This document shows positions 60,717 through 64,000 of a DNA stretch of 64,000 nt, piece by piece; positions within the stretch are counted from its first letter, which is position 1, and the number at the start of each line of letters is the position of its first letter. A program made the position numbers and the translations under genes. Source of the DNA: the human T2T-CHM13v2.0 reference genome, Homo sapiens. Location of the stretch: the NCBI RefSeq assembly GCF_009914755.1, contig NC_060934.1, one strand, 5' to 3'. The notes under the pieces were generated by a model that was given only the letters and a program-made list of their open reading frames with translations, searched no databases and was not told the DNA's origin.

Positions 60717-60903
60717 TTGTGTTCTCAAACATTAGGGAGCCTCAGAATCACCTGTAGGGCTTGTTAGAACACAAATTGCTGGTCTCTGCTTCCAGGCGTT
60801 CTGATTCAATCAGTCTGGAGCAGGCTGGAGAATTTGCATTTCTAATAAGTTGTTAGGTGATGCTAATGCTGCTGGTCTAGAGATCATGTACTGAGAACCA
60901 CTT
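60717..60903 (+). mobile_element. MER5A
   Basis: gttctcaaac...cagaatcacctg...gaatttgcatttctaataagtt...aggtgatgctaatgctgctggtc...gagaaccact. Confidence 0.9.
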
Positions 60904-61029
60904 GTCTAGAACATCTGTGTATTTTTCCCAGCCATTGCCCAGAGCCTGTTGTGCTAGTTCCCAAACCTGTTCATGTCATCTTCACTTGTTATTATAGTCA
61001 GGTAATTAATTAAATATTGCATGAGCTAA

Positions 61030-61470
61030 TAAGATACAAGTGGACAAAGACAAAGAATTGTGTCTATACAATACGAGTTGAATGTTACTGAAAAGACTCA
61101 ATATAGATGAGTCATTGAAAACTTGCAAAATGTCACAAAAATTGAAAATTGAAAATTTATAAGAATCTAGAAGATTATTCAGAGATTACTCATAAATATC
61201 TTTAGTTCTTGCTCCATATGAAGTACCTGCAACAAGGAATGAATGCCAATATATTATGGTGTGATCCATGTAAAAAATACACCTGAAATGCCCTCGAGTA
61301 TCAAAGAAGAGGCCTTATACCCATATTAGATTACTGTCAAATACATATACATTTATTTGTTTTAATTTAATAAGAAAGTTTAAGGTGTTTATGTTTTTTT
61401 TCTGATTTCCTGCTTAGTTGACCATTTTGATCAACTAACCTGTCCTTATCTAATTGAATGAGAACTTCCA
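61030..61470 (+). mobile_element. Old Tigger (Tigger15-like) relic
   Basis: gagttgaatgttactgaaaagactcaatatagatgagtcattgaaaa resembles a Tigger HTH-coding start; ttgaccattttgatcaactaacc near the end. Confidence 0.55.
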
Positions 61471-61669
61471 TGGCCTCCAGTTTTGAACCTTTCTGTTCTA
61501 AAGCAGGTTTCTCCCCAGGCATGAAGCTGAAAACTAGGAATTCCAATGAGGATCCTTCAGTGTCCCAAATAGTATCTTATTATTTTGAAAAATGTCAATT
61601 CTATGCTTTCTACATTTTTCAGAATTGCTGCCTATCTACCTGGGTCATTACTCTGCTCACAAGTACACA

Positions 61670-62168
61670 CTGAATAAAATCAAAATCCTCGGCATTCAGG
61701 GCTCTCTCTGAAATGATTGACATCTGTCACTTGCTTCCCCTAATTTTTCACTTCCTCTCTTCATTTACCCTGTACCACACATAAAATATCATTTCTTGAC
61801 TATGCATTTGTGTTTTTTTTTCATGAGTTCTTTCCTCTGCTCCTCTGTCTAGAGAACTCCTATTTATCCTTCAAAACCCAGCCCAAATATCTTATCTCTG
61901 AGAAGCCTTCCCAACTCCCTCTTTTGTTCTAATAGCTCTTTATTGTACATGGTCCTTGATGCTACTTGTCAGAATGCTTTGGAGTTTTTTGCTTTGGTTT
62001 CAGTGGAAGCTGTAGCGTCTTAGCTTTCAACATCTAGGACATTTGTAATATTTGCCCATCTTACTTTATCACTTTACCTGAACTGTGCTCCAGCCCTGAC
62101 ATTCTAGTCCTGAGTAGGGGCTCAGGAATATTTGTTGAGAAATACTAATGAGTAAACGAATCAATAAA
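61670..62168 (+). mobile_element. L2 3' region
   Basis: aactcctatttatccttcaaaacccagcccaaatatc...gaagccttccc...gggctcaggaatatttgttga. Confidence 0.8.
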
Positions 62169-62679
62169 TGGACTCTCATTACATCTGATGTATTTGATAT
62201 TTCTTATTCCAGCTTCTGTAGACATAAAAACCCATCATAATTTAAACGACAACTTAAGAATAATATATGTTGACTTGAATCAGTCACATCACTCACTCTT
62301 TTAGTGCTTAGCAATTTCTTCTTGTATCCATAAATAAAGTCCATTCCTGTTTTAAAGCCTGTTTTAAAAAAAACAGAGTGAAACTCAAATTGTTGAGAAG
62401 ATAAGTAGCTTTATTAAATATGATAGCTTCAGCATTTTACAGATTCACCGGTGAAACTTCTCAACTGAGAGAGTGTGATGCTGCTCAGGTTCTTTGGCTA
62501 TAAACTAGGGGCAATAACAGCTCTGACACCTCAGGGCCATGGTATTTAGTAAGATAGTTTATGTAAGGTGTCTGAATACAGGAGGGACCAAACAAATACC
62601 AGTGGATTTAACTGACTAAATTTTTGTTAAACTGAGCACAAAAACAGAGACCAAATAGCAGCAGAGGTCGGAGCTAACC

Positions 62680-63212
62680 ATGTGCAATCCCCTAAGACCC
62701 AGCGATTCCACTTCTAGCTCTATACCCAATAGAAAAGCTCACAGAGATGCATCTAAAGACCTGCCAAGGATGTTGATAGCTTCAGTACATGTAATAGTCC
62801 CAAACTAGAAACAATCCAAATAGCAGCATTAAAATGAAGCAATGCATTGTGTTACATTCACACAATGGAACACTATACAGCAACAAAAACAAATGAAGGA
62901 CTCAATGTGGAACAACACGGATGAATCTCACAAGCACAACACAAAAGAAAGGAGTCACATGCAAAAGAGTACATATATCTTTAATTGATATAAATCTTAA
63001 CAACGAGTGAACTAATCTGCTGATAGAAATTGTGAGTGGGAACAGAGACTGGGAGAGAGTCTGAGAGGCCTTCTTGGATGCTGCAATGTTCTAGATCTTG
63101 AGCTAGGGATGATTATCTGGAGGTCCTCGGTTTTTAAAACTTCATAAGGCTACTTATGAATGGTGTGCCTTTCTTTATGGATGTCACATTTCAATAAAAA
63201 GCTTAATTAAAA
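62680..63212 (+). mobile_element. L1ME 3' end
   Basis: gacccagcgattccacttctag...aaactagaaacaatccaaat...cacacaatggaacactatacagc...ttcaataaaaa. Confidence 0.85.
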
Positions 63213-63409
63213 TGACAAAAGACAAGCAGGTTGGGTGTTTGGGAAGATGGACTAGCAAATGTAATGGCAAGGAATTCCTGGTGTTTGAACATATAGCAGA
63301 GATTAGGGAAGCAATAAGAAGGATGCTTCAAGAACAGATCCTTAAGTCAATGTGTATCTAAGGATGAAAAAGAAAGCCTGTGATAGTAATGGCTTCTTTT
63401 CTTTTCTGG

Positions 63410-63810
63410 GTTACATGACAAAAATGCTTGTCATCTGATGAGATAAAAGGATAGCCATCTGGAAAAGTAAATAATCTAAACTTTACACTGTACATTAGGA
63501 CAAATTCTAAATGAATCAAAGATGTATATGTAAAATAGAAAACCATTAATATATTAGAAGATAAATGGGAGAGTTCCTTTTTAATCTTGGAATAGAGAAG
63601 GCCTTTCTGACTATGACACAAAAGCAAGAACCCATAAAAAATGGATAATTTGACTACACAATTATAAAAGCCTTCTGTTTGGTGAAACAACCACAACCAC
63701 ATCACACACACAAAAAAGCAAAAAAAAAAAAAACATGAAAAGCAAAATCAAAAGACAAATGAAAACAGGACAGGTAAACTGTAATTTAATCATAGTAAGA
63801 GGACTAAACT
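63410..63810 (+). mobile_element. Old L1M ORF2 fragment
   Basis: aaattctaaatgaatcaaagatgta...gaaggcctttctgactatgacacaaaa...aattataaaagccttctg. Confidence 0.75.
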
Positions 63811-63824
63811 TCGGTCTTAATCCC

Positions 63825-64000
63825 TTTAATGGAATACCAAAGACTGTGTACTTTATAACAGAAATGTATTTGGCTCACAGTTCTCAAGGTTGGGAAGTCC
63901 AGGATCAAGGAGCTGCATCTGATGAGGGCCTTCTTGCTGTGTCATAACATGGCAGAAATCATCATGTAGCAAGAGAATGTGCAGGAGAGGGTAAGAGATG
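63825..64000 (-). mobile_element. MST/MLT1A-type LTR, runs off the right edge
   Basis: cagaaatgtatttggctcacagttctc...gggaagtccaggatcaagg...gagggccttcttgctgtgtcataacatggcagaa. Confidence 0.85.

Overview
Primate genomic DNA, most likely human or ape (Alu J/S/Y, L1PA/PB/M, MaLR/ERVL LTRs, MIR, L2 and MER DNA transposons). It is intergenic or deep intronic. I found no credible protein-coding exon, RNA gene, CpG island or CRISPR. The ORF-track entries I could assign are Alu, L1, LTR or ERVL read-throughs, and the rest look like chance ORFs. Well over half the window is interspersed repeat, including a four-level nested insertion (18.3-26.1 kb) and a twin-primed L1PB (49.5-51.6 kb). The most notable structure that known repeats do not explain is a long inverted repeat at 44104-45111, inside a repeat-poor block. 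It has two ungapped 286-bp arms (30 differences by hand alignment, about 89.5% identity), a 97-nt one-sided bulge, a second 29-bp stem and a 281-nt loop. A third 33-bp copy of arm sequence that ends in a snap-back lies about 0.9 kb upstream of its source. Several other local templated-insertion scars occur (12.8 kb, 30.16 kb, 50.1 kb), plus an apparently L1-retroposed MaLR LTR 3' fragment (29.2 kb). Subfamily names come from recalled consensus sequences, not from a RepeatMasker run. Boundaries without a target-site duplication (TSD) are approximate.
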